A stretch of 64,000 nt of DNA from Alphaproteobacteria bacterium (lineage in GTDB: Bacteria > Pseudomonadota > Alphaproteobacteria > SP197): positions 1 through 64,000 of the forward strand of contig OZ219920.1 in assembly GCA_964291415.2 (NCBI GenBank), in the 5' to 3' direction. The notes under the pieces were generated by a model. It was given only the letters and a program-made list of their open reading frames with translations. It searched no databases and had not been told where the DNA came from. The translations under genes were made by a program, and so were the position numbers. This document shows positions 50,028 through 59,954 of the stretch, piece after piece. Positions within the stretch are counted from its first letter, which is position 1. Each line of letters begins with the position of its first letter.

Positions 50028-52472
50028 ATGACCGCAGCACACAACGACAGACCGGTGCGAAGGCCAAGACGCTGGCTGCGATGGCTGACTGCGGGCGTGT
50101 CGTTGCTTGTCGTCATCCTGATCGCCGCCGGTATCCTGGCGATGGCCGCCTGGACCAGTTTCAGCCAGGGTCTGCCGGATCATCGCATGCTCGCCGGCTA
50201 CGAACCCCCGGTCGCCACGCGTGTCTATGCCGGAGACGGCAGCCTGATGGCGCAGTTCGCCGTCGAGAACCGGGTCTTCGTGCCGCTTCAGGCGATTCCG
50301 CTGAAGGTCCGGCAGTCCTTCATCTCGGCAGAGGACAAGACCTTCTTCGCGCATCGGGGCATCGATCCGCTCGGCATCGTGCGGGCCATGATTGCCAATG
50401 TCGAAGCGACCATCGAGGGCCGCCGGCTGCAGGGCGCATCGACAATCACCCAGCAGGTCGCCAAGAACTTCCTCCTGACAAACGAGATGTCCTACCGCCG
50501 CAAGATCAGGGAGGCGATTCTCGCGTTCCGCATCGAGGAGGCCCTGAGCAAGGAGAGAATTCTCGAACTCTATCTCAATGAGATCTACCTCGGACTGGGG
50601 AGCTACGGTGTCGCGGCGGCGGCACTCAACTACTTCGACAAGTCACTCGACTCCCTGTCGGTCGCCGAGGCAGCCTATCTGGCGGCCCTGCCCAAGGCCC
50701 CCAACAACTATCATCCGGAACGCAAGCCGCGGGCAGCTGTCGCGAGGCGCAACTGGGTCCTCTCGCGCATGGCGGAGGATGGGCATATCACGCAACGGGA
50801 GGCCATGCTGGCGAAGCGTCAGCCCCTGGGTGTCAGCAGGTCCGGTTCCCGTGTCTTCGTCGAGGCCGCCTATGCGGTCGAGGAGATCCGTCGCGCCATT
50901 GCCAGCCGGTATGGGTCCGACGCGCTCTACACCGGAGGCCTCTATGTCAGGTCGACCATCGATCCGGCACTCCAGGAGGCCGCCAGCCGCGCCCTCAGGA
51001 ACGGTCTTGGACTCTACGACCGCCGGCACGGCTGGCGTGGACCGGTGGCCAGGATGGACCTCGACGACTCCTGGACCGATGCCCTGGCGACCATTGCCGG
51101 GACGATGGACGTTGCCCCATGGCAGGCCGTCGTTGTCCTCGGCATGAACGATGCCGCGGCCGTTGTCGGCTTTGCCGACGGCAGCCACGGTCTTGTCCTC
51201 CTGGAAGACATGGCATGGGCGAGAAGGCGGCTCGACGACGGCAGGCTCGGCCCGGTTCCCGGCCAGCCCGCCGATGTGCTGGCCCATGGAGATGTCGTTG
51301 TGGTGGAGAGTCTCCCCAAGGACGCCCCGGATGGCACCCGGTTCCATGCCTTGCGCCAGATTCCCCTGGTGTCCGGAGGCCTTGTTGCCATGGACCCCCA
51401 TACCGGCCGCGTGCTCGCCATGCAGGGCGGATTCAGCTACGCCACGAGCGAGTTCAACCGGGTGACGCAGGCTCTGCGCCAGCCCGGTTCCGCCTTCAAG
51501 CCCTTCGTCTACATGGCCGCCCTCGACCACGGCTATACCCCCGCGGCACTGATCGAGGATGCACCCTTCGTCTACGATCCGGGCGCCGGACAGGAGCTCT
51601 GGCGTCCGGCCAACTACACGCAGGAATTCTACGGTCTGGTTCCGCTCAGGGTCGGCATCGAGAAGTCGCGCAATCTGATGACGGTGCGCCTGGCCAATAC
51701 GCTGGGTCCCGACGTTGTCAACGGTTACGTTCGCAAGTTCGGCATCCTGGACGAGTCCCAACCCTACTACCTGCCGGTCGCGCTTGGTTCCGCCGAGACC
51801 ACCCTGATGCGCCTGACGGCAGCCTATGCAGCAATCGTCAACGGTGGCCGGGAGGTGGCCCCCGAGCTGATCGAACGCATCCAGGATCGCCACGGCAGGA
51901 CAATCTGGCGGCGTGACACGCGTGAGTGCGATGAATGCCGGACAGCAGCCTGGGATCGTCATCTGCCGGTTCCGGCACTCCCGGACGTCCGGCCCAGACT
52001 CGTGGATCCGGTGACCGCCTACCAGATGGTGCACATGCTCGAGGGAGTGGTGGAGCGGGGGACCGGAGCCCGGCTGCGTGCGCTGGAAAGGCCGCTTGCC
52101 GGCAAGACCGGCACCACCAATGACAACCGCGACGCCTGGTTTCTCGGCTTCTCGCCCGATCTCGCTGTCGGTGTCTATGTCGGTTTCGACCAGCCGGAGA
52201 CGCTCGGCGACCGGGAGACCGGTTCGTCCGTGGCGGTGCCGGTATGGCAGCTCTTCATGGCCGAGGCACTCGCCGCCGAACCCGTCATCCCGTTCCGCAT
52301 CCCTCCGGGAGTCCGTCTCGTGCGAATCGATGCCGACCACGGTCTGTTGCCGGGCGAGGCCACGACCCGGATCATCACCGAAGCCTTCCGGCCGGGCAGC
52401 GAACCGACGGTTGAGGCGGACCGGCATGTCGTGCTATCGCTGGGCGATGACAGGTCATCGGGCGTCTACTGA
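50028..52472 (+). CDS. mrcA: Penicillin-binding protein 1A
   Basis: AEDKTFF, GASTITQQVAKN, RKIRE, PGSAFK, SRN and KTG motifs. Confidence 0.95.
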   Translation: MTAAHNDRPVRRPRRWLRWLTAGVSLLVVILIAAGILAMAAWTSFSQGLPDHRMLAGYEPPVATRVYAGDGSLMAQFAVENRVFVPLQAIPLKVRQSFISAEDKTFFAHRGIDPLGIVRAMIANVEATIEGRRLQGASTITQQVAKNFLLTNEMSYRRKIREAILAFRIEEALSKERILELYLNEIYLGLGSYGVAAAALNYFDKSLDSLSVAEAAYLAALPKAPNNYHPERKPRAAVARRNWVLSRMAEDGHITQREAMLAKRQPLGVSRSGSRVFVEAAYAVEEIRRAIASRYGSDALYTGGLYVRSTIDPALQEAASRALRNGLGLYDRRHGWRGPVARMDLDDSWTDALATIAGTMDVAPWQAVVVLGMNDAAAVVGFADGSHGLVLLEDMAWARRRLDDGRLGPVPGQPADVLAHGDVVVVESLPKDAPDGTRFHALRQIPLVSGGLVAMDPHTGRVLAMQGGFSYATSEFNRVTQALRQPGSAFKPFVYMAALDHGYTPAALIEDAPFVYDPGAGQELWRPANYTQEFYGLVPLRVGIEKSRNLMTVRLANTLGPDVVNGYVRKFGILDESQPYYLPVALGSAETTLMRLTAAYAAIVNGGREVAPELIERIQDRHGRTIWRRDTRECDECRTAAWDRHLPVPALPDVRPRLVDPVTAYQMVHMLEGVVERGTGARLRALERPLAGKTGTTNDNRDAWFLGFSPDLAVGVYVGFDQPETLGDRETGSSVAVPVWQLFMAEALAAEPVIPFRIPPGVRLVRIDADHGLLPGEATTRIITEAFRPGSEPTVEADRHVVLSLGDDRSSGVY

Positions 52473-52506
52473 CCCCTTGCGCTGTGGCCGGAGGAGACAG
52501 AAAACC

Positions 52507-53623
52507 ATGCGCCCCGCCATTGCCGAATTGAAGGACAGCATCGAATCCGGTCTTGACCTCGTGCGGAGGCATCTTTGACTGGGAACAGGCCAACGCCCGG
52601 CTCGATGAACTCGAGCACCTGACGCAGGATCCGGAACTCTGGAACGATTCAGACAAGGCCCAGACGCTGTTGCGCGAGCGTACGCGGCTTGCTGCCGCCA
52701 TAGGCAGTGTGCATACCCTTCAGGACGAGCTTGACGAACACCTGGAACTCGCCGAACTGGCCGAAGCCGAAGGCGAGGAGGACCTTGTCGGGCAGTGCGT
52801 GGAGGCGCTCGAGGCGCTCTCCGTGCGCACCGGAAAACTGCGCATTGCCAGTCTCCTTTCCGGTGAAGCGGACGGCAACGACTGCTACATCGAGGTTCAT
52901 GCCGGCGCCGGTGGCACGGAAAGCCAGGACTGGGCCAACATGCTGGTGCGCATGTACCGCCGGTGGGCGCAACGCAGGGACTACCGCGTCGAGGAACTCG
53001 GCGAAACTCCGGGAGAGGAGGCCGGCGTCAAGTCGGCGACCCTGAAGTTTGTCGGTGACGGTGCCTACGGCTGGGCCAAGACGGAATCGGGCGTCCATCG
53101 CCTGGTGCGGATTTCACCCTTCGATTCACAGATGCGCCGCCACACCAGCTTTGCCAGTGTCTCGGTGTCGCCGGTCGTCGATGACAGCATCGAGATCACC
53201 GTCGACGACAGCGAATTGCGCGTCGACACCTACCGTGCCTCCGGCGCCGGTGGCCAGCACGTCAACAAGACCGACAGCGCCGTGCGCCTGACGCACCTTC
53301 CCACGGGCATCGTCGTGCAGTGCCAGAACAATCGCTCCCAGCACCGCAACCGGGCCGAGGCGATGGCCGTCCTGAAGTCGAGGCTCTATGACCGTGAATT
53401 GCGCCTGCGGGAGGAGGAGGCCCAGGCGCTTCATGCCGAAAAGAGCGATATCGGCTGGGGCCACCAGATCCGCTCCTATGTCCTGCAGCCCTACCGCATG
53501 GTCAAGGATCTGCGGACCGGACACGAAACCAGCAACACCGATGCCGTCCTTGACGGCGACCTCGACGGCTTCATCCAGGCGGCCCTGGCGCAGCGCGTCG
53601 GCCAGGATGCCGCCCGGGAGTGA
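52507..53623 (+). CDS. prfB: Peptide chain release factor 2 (programmed +1 frameshift)
   Basis: GGAGG-cat-CTT-TGA-C at 52565-52579; SPF and GGQ motifs. Confidence 0.97.
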
Positions 53624-53626
53624 CCC

Positions 53627-54445
53627 TCACCCCCGCCGCGCCTTGAATCCGAGCAGAAGCGGCAGGGGCACGAGGTCCGCGGATCGGTGCCAGTAGCCGT
53701 CTTCTCCCTTTTTCATGTCAGGAAACTGCGGCCAGGCGCAAAAGGGATACTCCCGCACCTCGTGGATCCGGAGTCCCCGGTTCTCGAGGGCGGCGAAGAT
53801 TTCGGACAGCGGCCATGTGTACTCGCGCGACTCGGAGCTGACCTTGTAGGTCGGGTCGGCGTAGTCGGGGCCGCCGGCCGGCTCGTGTATCGGGTCCGTG
53901 CCCTGAAAGTAGTCATAGTGCACGACGGGGACGGGCGATGACTCATCGAAGACCATCGACAGGGGGTGGGCATCAAGAAGGTAGAAGAAGCCGTCGTCCG
54001 CCAGGTTGGCATCAATGGTGGCGGCCCAGCCGTCGAGATCACCGATCCACGTGAGGACGCCGATCGAGGTGAAGACGATATCGAATGGTGCTCCGGCAAG
54101 CCGGCCAGCGGTCGTGACGTCGGCCTCGGCGAACCGGGCCCTTGACTCCAGGCCGCACTCGCTGGTCAGGCGCCTGGCGGTGGCGAGGGCGACAGGCGAA
54201 AAGTCGACACCGACGACTTCGGCCCCGAGCCTGGCCCAGGACAGGGTATCGAGGCCGAAATGACACTGCAGGTGGAGGAGTTTCCTGCCGGCGACATCGC
54301 CGACAGCCTGCCGCTCGATGGTGCCCAGGGTGTTGCGGCCCTCGAGGAAGCCGGCGACGTCGTAGAATGCGCTGGCCTCGTGAACGGGTGTGACCTCGTC
54401 CCACCTGCCGCGATTGATGGCCGTGTCGCTGTTCATGGCGTTCAC
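53627..54445 (-). CDS. Class I SAM-dependent methyltransferase
   Basis: LLHLQCHFGLDTLS, GVDFS and FDIVFTSIG motifs. Confidence 0.88.
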   Translation of the reverse strand: MNAMNSDTAINRGRWDEVTPVHEASAFYDVAGFLEGRNTLGTIERQAVGDVAGRKLLHLQCHFGLDTLSWARLGAEVVGVDFSPVALATARRLTSECGLESRARFAEADVTTAGRLAGAPFDIVFTSIGVLTWIGDLDGWAATIDANLADDGFFYLLDAHPLSMVFDESSPVPVVHYDYFQGTDPIHEPAGGPDYADPTYKVSSESREYTWPLSEIFAALENRGLRIHEVREYPFCAWPQFPDMKKGEDGYWHRSADLVPLPLLLGFKARRG

Positions 54446-54474
54446 TTCGATCGATCTGGAAACGGCGCCTGGAG

Positions 54475-55326
54475 TTACAGGCGGTGGCCCCTGTCGCGGG
54501 CATAGGCGAAATAGAGTTCGCGGGCCTCGCGGTAGGCCGGTCCGGGCTGGAGGTCGCGGTCGTCAATGCGGGTGGCCGGCATGACCTTGTTGTAGTTGCC
54601 GGTCGAGAACACTTCGTCGGCGGTCCGGACCTCCTCCCAGGAAAGGGAACGCTCGAATACCTCCCAGCCGGCGTCTCGCAGGAGCGACATCACCCTGCGG
54701 CGCGTGATGCCGGCCAGGAAGGTGCCGTTCTCGACGGGCGTGTGAACCTGACCATCCCTGACGATGAAGAGGTTGGCCGTGGCAAACTCGGCGACATGGC
54801 CCTCATGGTCGAGCATGACCGGATTGTCGAAGCCCCGCTCGTTGGCGCGGCGCACCGCATCGCCGGTTGCCGGATAAAGGCACGAAGCCTTGGCGAGGGT
54901 GGGGGCCATGTCGGGCGCCGGCCGCCGAATCTCGGAAAGGCACGCCGAAAACCCCTTGGGCTCCGCCATGGGCGCCACCTCCAGGACCATCAGGAACCTG
55001 GTGAGTTCGGAGACCGCCCACAGGGAATCGCTGACTCCGCTCCAGTAGGTCGGCCGGATGTAGAGCTGGGCGTCCGCCGGGAAGCGGCGCGCCATGTCTC
55101 CGGCAAGTTCGACCAGGTCGTCGACCGACTGCTGCGGCTCCATGCCCATGACCCTGGCGGACTTGAGACACCGTTCGCAGTGACGATCGATGTCCGGCAT
55201 GACACCGTCGAAGGCGCGGGCGCCGTCGAAGACCTGCGTGGCGAACCAGAATGATTGGTCAAGCGGTCCCATGATCATGGGGTTGCCTTCATGGAAGGCA
55301 CCGTCGAAATAGGTAAGCTGTTTCAT
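54475..55326 (-). CDS. Branched-chain amino acid aminotransferase (class IV PLP)
   Basis: VFDGARAF, LYIRP, AKASCLY, EFATANLF and FLAGITR motifs. Confidence 0.88.
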   Translation of the reverse strand: MKQLTYFDGAFHEGNPMIMGPLDQSFWFATQVFDGARAFDGVMPDIDRHCERCLKSARVMGMEPQQSVDDLVELAGDMARRFPADAQLYIRPTYWSGVSDSLWAVSELTRFLMVLEVAPMAEPKGFSACLSEIRRPAPDMAPTLAKASCLYPATGDAVRRANERGFDNPVMLDHEGHVAEFATANLFIVRDGQVHTPVENGTFLAGITRRRVMSLLRDAGWEVFERSLSWEEVRTADEVFSTGNYNKVMPATRIDDRDLQPGPAYREARELYFAYARDRGHRL

Positions 55327-55418
55327 CGTTGATCGGCTGTCCTGCACCAGGGCCACGCACTACTAGCACGGACCCACCCGCATGTGCACCGATTCTAGGG
55401 AGGGGGGAGTGTCACCGG

Positions 55419-56468
55419 ATGATCGACACCTGGCGCCTGCTCGGTCCCATGATGGGCCTCGTCGAACCCGAGCGTGCCCACGACCTGGCCCTCAGGGCCC
55501 TGGAGGCCGGCATGGCAGGGCGGCGAACATCGAGGGAACGCCCCGAATTGGCGACCACGCTGTTCGGGCTCGACTTTCCCAACCCCCTGGGCCTGGCGGC
55601 GGGGTTCGACAAGAATGCAAGGGTGACGGCGCAGATGCTGGCGGCGGGGTTCGGGTTCGTCGAGGCCGGGACCGTGACGCCACGGCCCCAGGCCGGCAAT
55701 CCGCGTCCCCGGATCTTCCGGTTGCCGGCAGACAGGGCAGTGATCAATCGCCTTGGATTCAACAACGAAGGCATGGACAAGGTGGCGGCACGCCTCGAGG
55801 CGCGCCGGCCAGAGGCCGGAATCGTCGGCATCAACATCGGCATGAACCGCGACAGCACCGATGCGGGCGGTGATTATCGGCGTGCATTCATCCGCCTCGC
55901 CCCTCTCGCCGACTACGTCGTGATCAACGTGTCGTCGCCCAACACGCCGGGCCTGCGGGACCTCCAGGCCGTGCGCCAGCTCGCAAGACTCCTGGAAGCG
56001 CTTCAGAGCGCGCGCCCGGAAGTCCCGGACGTGGCCCTGCTGCTCAAGCTTGCCCCGGACCTGGCATTCGAGGATGCAGGGGAGGCGGCCCGGGTGGCGG
56101 CCGATCACGGCATCGCCGGTCTCGTGGTGTCCAACACGACGATCAGCCGGCCGACCGGACTGCGCCATCGCCATGCCGGCGAGGCCGGCGGTCTTTCGGG
56201 GGCGCCGCTCTTCGATCTCTCAACCGGCATGGTGCGCACGCTTCACCGCGCGGGCCACGGCGCCCTGCCGATCATCGGAACGGGCGGCATCATGTCGGCC
56301 GAGGACGCCTACCGGAAGATCCGGGCAGGCGCCTCGCTGATCCAGATCTATACGGCTCTGGTCTGGCACGGTCTCGCGGTTGTCGGGCGCATTCTCGATG
56401 GCCTCGAGGAGCGCCTGGCCGCGGACGGTCTGCACAATCTCACGGAAGCCGTCGGTGCCGATACCTGA
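55419..56468 (+). CDS. pyrD: Quinone-dependent dihydroorotate dehydrogenase
   Basis: NPLGLAAGFDKN, GNPRPRIFR, INVSSPNTPGLR, SNTT and GGLSG motifs. Confidence 0.96.
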   Translation: MIDTWRLLGPMMGLVEPERAHDLALRALEAGMAGRRTSRERPELATTLFGLDFPNPLGLAAGFDKNARVTAQMLAAGFGFVEAGTVTPRPQAGNPRPRIFRLPADRAVINRLGFNNEGMDKVAARLEARRPEAGIVGINIGMNRDSTDAGGDYRRAFIRLAPLADYVVINVSSPNTPGLRDLQAVRQLARLLEALQSARPEVPDVALLLKLAPDLAFEDAGEAARVAADHGIAGLVVSNTTISRPTGLRHRHAGEAGGLSGAPLFDLSTGMVRTLHRAGHGALPIIGTGGIMSAEDAYRKIRAGASLIQIYTALVWHGLAVVGRILDGLEERLAADGLHNLTEAVGADT

Positions 56469-57073
56469 TCAGGACCGATACCAGGTCCACAAGATGCGCG
56501 CGGCCACGGCGCGCCAGGGCCGCCATGGCTCGGCGAGAGCCACCATCTGCCGCACGTCGGGACGCGGATCGATGGAGAACAGAGCGGCGGTGGCCGTCTG
56601 CAATGCCACGTCACCCGCAGGCCAGACATCGGATCGCCCGAGGCACGACAAGAGATAGGTCTGGGCGGTCCACTCACCGATGCCGTGAAGTGCGGTGAGT
56701 GCCTTGTTCGCGTCATCGTCTCCCAGAGTGGCGAGGGACTCCAGCAGACCGTCCTGCGCTGCCCGCGCCGCGGCATGGAAGGCCCGCCCCTTGGAGCGGG
56801 TGAGTCCGAGTGCCCGCAGACGTTCCACCGGAACCCCGAGGACGGCAACCGCGTCGCCGGCATCGAATGCCGCGTCGAGGCGTTTGCGGATGCTGGCGGC
56901 GGCCTTGAGAGACACCGACTGCTCGGTGATGATGGCGAGCAGCGATGCCAGGCCTGCCGCTCGATCCTCAAGGGGACCGTGCCGAGCCGCTCGACAACCG
57001 GACCGAATCGCGATTCGAGACCGACGAGTGCCTCGATGCCCTCCTCGAGATCTGCCTGGGTGGCGATAATCAT
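56469..57073 (-). CDS. DNA-3-methyladenine glycosylase II (AlkA/HhH family; apparent 1-bp deletion at ~56960)
   Basis: MIIATQADLEEG...VPLR joins GLASLLAIITEQSVS; LHGIGEWTA, DVWPAGD and WRPWRAVAARILW motifs. Confidence 0.82.
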
Positions 57074-57161
57074 GGTGCCTCGATCCGTCGGGCCGCTTGC
57101 GCAGGATCGTCGGACAACCGAAGATATCGCGCAACCGGCCTGAAATCCGCGAGAGAGAGTC

Positions 57162-57755
57162 ATGTCATCAACCATCCCGGCGCGTAGCGGCAAGGCCGTG
57201 CGCGTGGCACGCGGCGCAGCGATCCGCATCATCAACACCCATGGCGCTCAGGTCGTCGACACCTGGGCGTTCAACGGCGACGATGTTTCGGAGTACATGG
57301 CGATGGATGCCACCCGCGTCTTCAACCAGCGCCTCACCCCATGTGTTGGCGATCATCTTGTCACCAACCGCCGGCGCCCGATTCTCGTCCTCGAAGCGGA
57401 CACGTCTCCTGGCCGCCACGACACCCTGATGGCTGCCTGCGACCGCTGGCGTTACGAACTGCTGGGTATCAGGGAATACCACGACAACTGTGCCGACAAT
57501 CTCTCGCAGGCGATGAGCGAACTCGGATTGCGCGAGACACACACGCCGTCGCCGCTCAATCTCTTCATGAACATCCCCTGGCATGACGACGGCGGGCTGG
57601 AGTTCGAGACGCCGCTGTCGGCCCCCGGCGACCATGTCGTGCTGCGCGCCCTCATGGATTGCGTGGTGGCCATGTCGGCCTGCCCCCAGGACGTGCTTCC
57701 GGTCAACGGGTTGAACCGGCAGCCAACCGAGGCCCACTTCGAGATCGTGACCTGA
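57162..57755 (+). CDS. Urea-carboxylase-associated family protein (solo DUF1989)
   Basis: GAQVVDTWAF, HDTLMAACD, NCADN, PLNLFMN and SACPQD motifs. Confidence 0.88.
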   Translation: MSSTIPARSGKAVRVARGAAIRIINTHGAQVVDTWAFNGDDVSEYMAMDATRVFNQRLTPCVGDHLVTNRRRPILVLEADTSPGRHDTLMAACDRWRYELLGIREYHDNCADNLSQAMSELGLRETHTPSPLNLFMNIPWHDDGGLEFETPLSAPGDHVVLRALMDCVVAMSACPQDVLPVNGLNRQPTEAHFEIVT

Positions 57756-57862
57756 GGCGATGGCCCAGGCCGTTTCCCCGGAGGTCTGGCTCCGCCGGTA
57801 GCCGGGGACAGGTGGCCCCCTTGTGGACCGGGCCCGGAACGATGAACCGAGGAGGCTGAACC

Positions 57863-58180
57863 ATGGCGGTAACCGCAATCGTTCGTTTCGAATTGCCAGA
57901 AGACAGGGCGCGCGAGGCGGTGACAGCCGCATTCGAAGCCTCCGCGCCGCTTTACCGGGGCGTCGAGGGTCTGATCCGAAAGCACTATCTCTTGTCCGAG
58001 GATGGCCGGATCGGCGGCGGTGTGTACTTGTTCAATTCGCGTGAGGATGCCGAACGTCTCTACGATGCGGCCTGGCGGGCCGGTATCCGCGAGCGACTGG
58101 GCGTCGAACCTTCGATCGAGTACTTCGAATCACCGGTGATCGTCGACAACGAAGCAGGCACGATCACCACGACGGCCTGA
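57863..58180 (+). CDS. YdhR-like dimeric alpha-beta barrel protein (putative monooxygenase)
   Basis: GLIRKHYL, GGGVYLF and FESPVIVDN motifs; GGAGG RBS. Confidence 0.75.
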   Translation: MAVTAIVRFELPEDRAREAVTAAFEASAPLYRGVEGLIRKHYLLSEDGRIGGGVYLFNSREDAERLYDAAWRAGIRERLGVEPSIEYFESPVIVDNEAGTITTTA

Positions 58181-58451
58181 TTGCCGCGGTCCTGCCCCTG
58201 ATCGCGGCGCCGGGATCGAGGCACTCCCTTCAAGGGTCGGGCGCGCCGGAGGCCCGGTGTTGTCTTGATCCGCCTGACACCCGCCTTTTCAACAGGTTGA
58301 TTTGCCGATCGACGTCTTGATCCGCGAACCGGGCCCCGGGTTGATGCGCGCAAACAGTCACGACGACCCGACTTCGGGGAGTGTGCCGCGGTTGCGCCGG
58401 CTCAAGACAGCGTGACAGAATCGCGCCGGTCCGGGGTCAGGAGGGTGCACC

Positions 58452-59954
58452 ATGGCACGTATCGCGGTGGGTGGATTTCAGCACGAGACGAACACCTTCG
58501 CCTCGACCAACGCGGACTTCTGTGACTTCGAACTCCATGATGCCTGGCCAGGCCTGACACGCGGTCCGGAGGTCTTCGACGCCGTCGCCGGTCTCAACCT
58601 CGCCCTGGAATCGTTCATTCGTCAGGCAATCGATGACGGCCACGAACTCGTGCCGCTTCTGTGGGCCTCCGCCGAGCCGTCGTCCCATGTCACGGAAGAC
58701 GCCTTCGAGAGAATTGTCGGCATGATGACCGACGACCTGGAACGGCTCGGCCCGTTTGATGCCGTCTTCCTGGATCTTCATGGGGCCATGGTCACGGAGC
58801 ACCGCGAGGACGGCGAGGGCGAAACCCTGGAACGCGTCCGCAATGTCGTCGGACACTCCATCCCCGTCGTCAACAGCCTCGATCTCCATGCGAACATCAC
58901 GGAACGCATGGTGGCGATGTCCTCGGCCATGACAATCTACCGGACCTATCCGCACATCGACATGGACGACACCGGACGCCGGTGCTATCGCCTCATGATG
59001 CGCCTGCTTGCGGGCGAGCCTCTGGCGAAGGGATTCGCCAGATCACCGTTCCTGGTGCCGCTCTCCGCCCAGTGGACCGGGGCACCGCCCAACAGCGGTT
59101 TCTACGACGACATCAGGCAACGCGAACAAGCGGGTATCACGAGCGCCGACCTGGCGCTTGGATTTCCGCCCGCCGACATCGCCGAATGCGGACCGGCGGC
59201 AATTGCCTACGATGCCGATCCTCACCGTGCCCGTAAGACCGCTCACGAGATCATGAGAGGTTTCATCGGCGCCGAGGATGTCTTCGACAATGCGCTGCTT
59301 GATGCCGGTGAGGCGGTGAGAACCGCCATGGCAGAGCCGGCCGGTCCGGTGGTGCTCGCCGATGCCCAGGACAATCCCGGCGCGGGAGGCACCTCCGACA
59401 CGGTGGGGATTCTCGAGGCCCTGGTGCGACACCACGCCACCGGCGCCGCTCTTGCCCTGTTGTGGGATCCCGAGGTCGCGCGGGAAGCCCACGCCCGGGG
59501 GGAGGGGAGCACATTCGATGCGCCTCTCGGCGGCAAGTCCGGCAGACCGGGCCAGACTCCCTTTCGCGCCCGTTTCAGGGTCGAGCGTCTCGGCAACGGG
59601 ATCTTCGAGTGCCAAGGCGAGATGTACCGCGGCGTCGTCACCAATCTCGGTCCGCTGGCCCTGCTGTCGGTCGCCGATGCCGACTGCGACGTCAAGGTGA
59701 TTGTCTCGAGTGTCCGCTTCCAGAATCTCGACCAGGCGTGTTTCCGCCATATCGGCGTCGAGCCGACGGACCAGCACATCCTCGTGGTCAAGAGCACGGT
59801 GCATTTCCGGGCGGACTACGATCCGATCGCTGCCAGGACCCTCATCGTCGAATCGCCGGGCGAACACCCGTGCCGTCTGGACCAGCTCGGGTATCGCTTC
59901 CTGCGCGACGGAGTCAGGCTGGGACCGGGCGGTCCGGAGCACCACCGTCCATGA
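58452..59954 (+). CDS. MlrC / peptidase M81 family metallopeptidase
   Basis: GGFQHETNTF, LDLHGAM, LDLHAN, YRTYPHID, DNPGAG and VKSTVHFRA motifs. Confidence 0.92.
   Translation: MARIAVGGFQHETNTFASTNADFCDFELHDAWPGLTRGPEVFDAVAGLNLALESFIRQAIDDGHELVPLLWASAEPSSHVTEDAFERIVGMMTDDLERLGPFDAVFLDLHGAMVTEHREDGEGETLERVRNVVGHSIPVVNSLDLHANITERMVAMSSAMTIYRTYPHIDMDDTGRRCYRLMMRLLAGEPLAKGFARSPFLVPLSAQWTGAPPNSGFYDDIRQREQAGITSADLALGFPPADIAECGPAAIAYDADPHRARKTAHEIMRGFIGAEDVFDNALLDAGEAVRTAMAEPAGPVVLADAQDNPGAGGTSDTVGILEALVRHHATGAALALLWDPEVAREAHARGEGSTFDAPLGGKSGRPGQTPFRARFRVERLGNGIFECQGEMYRGVVTNLGPLALLSVADADCDVKVIVSSVRFQNLDQACFRHIGVEPTDQHILVVKSTVHFRADYDPIAARTLIVESPGEHPCRLDQLGYRFLRDGVRLGPGGPEHHRP

Noticed and set aside
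52565-52579. In-frame stop in prfB as an error or novelty
   Set aside because: It is the canonical autoregulatory +1 frameshift
58284-58299. IS-end-like ttttcaacaggtt (and ggtgttgcgcaagtc at ~11121)
   Set aside because: No partner end, target duplication or transposase
59462-59950. N-terminal extension of the penicillin acylase ORF
   Set aside because: It overlaps mlrC; the ATG at 59951 gives a proper lipoprotein signal and an ATGA coupling
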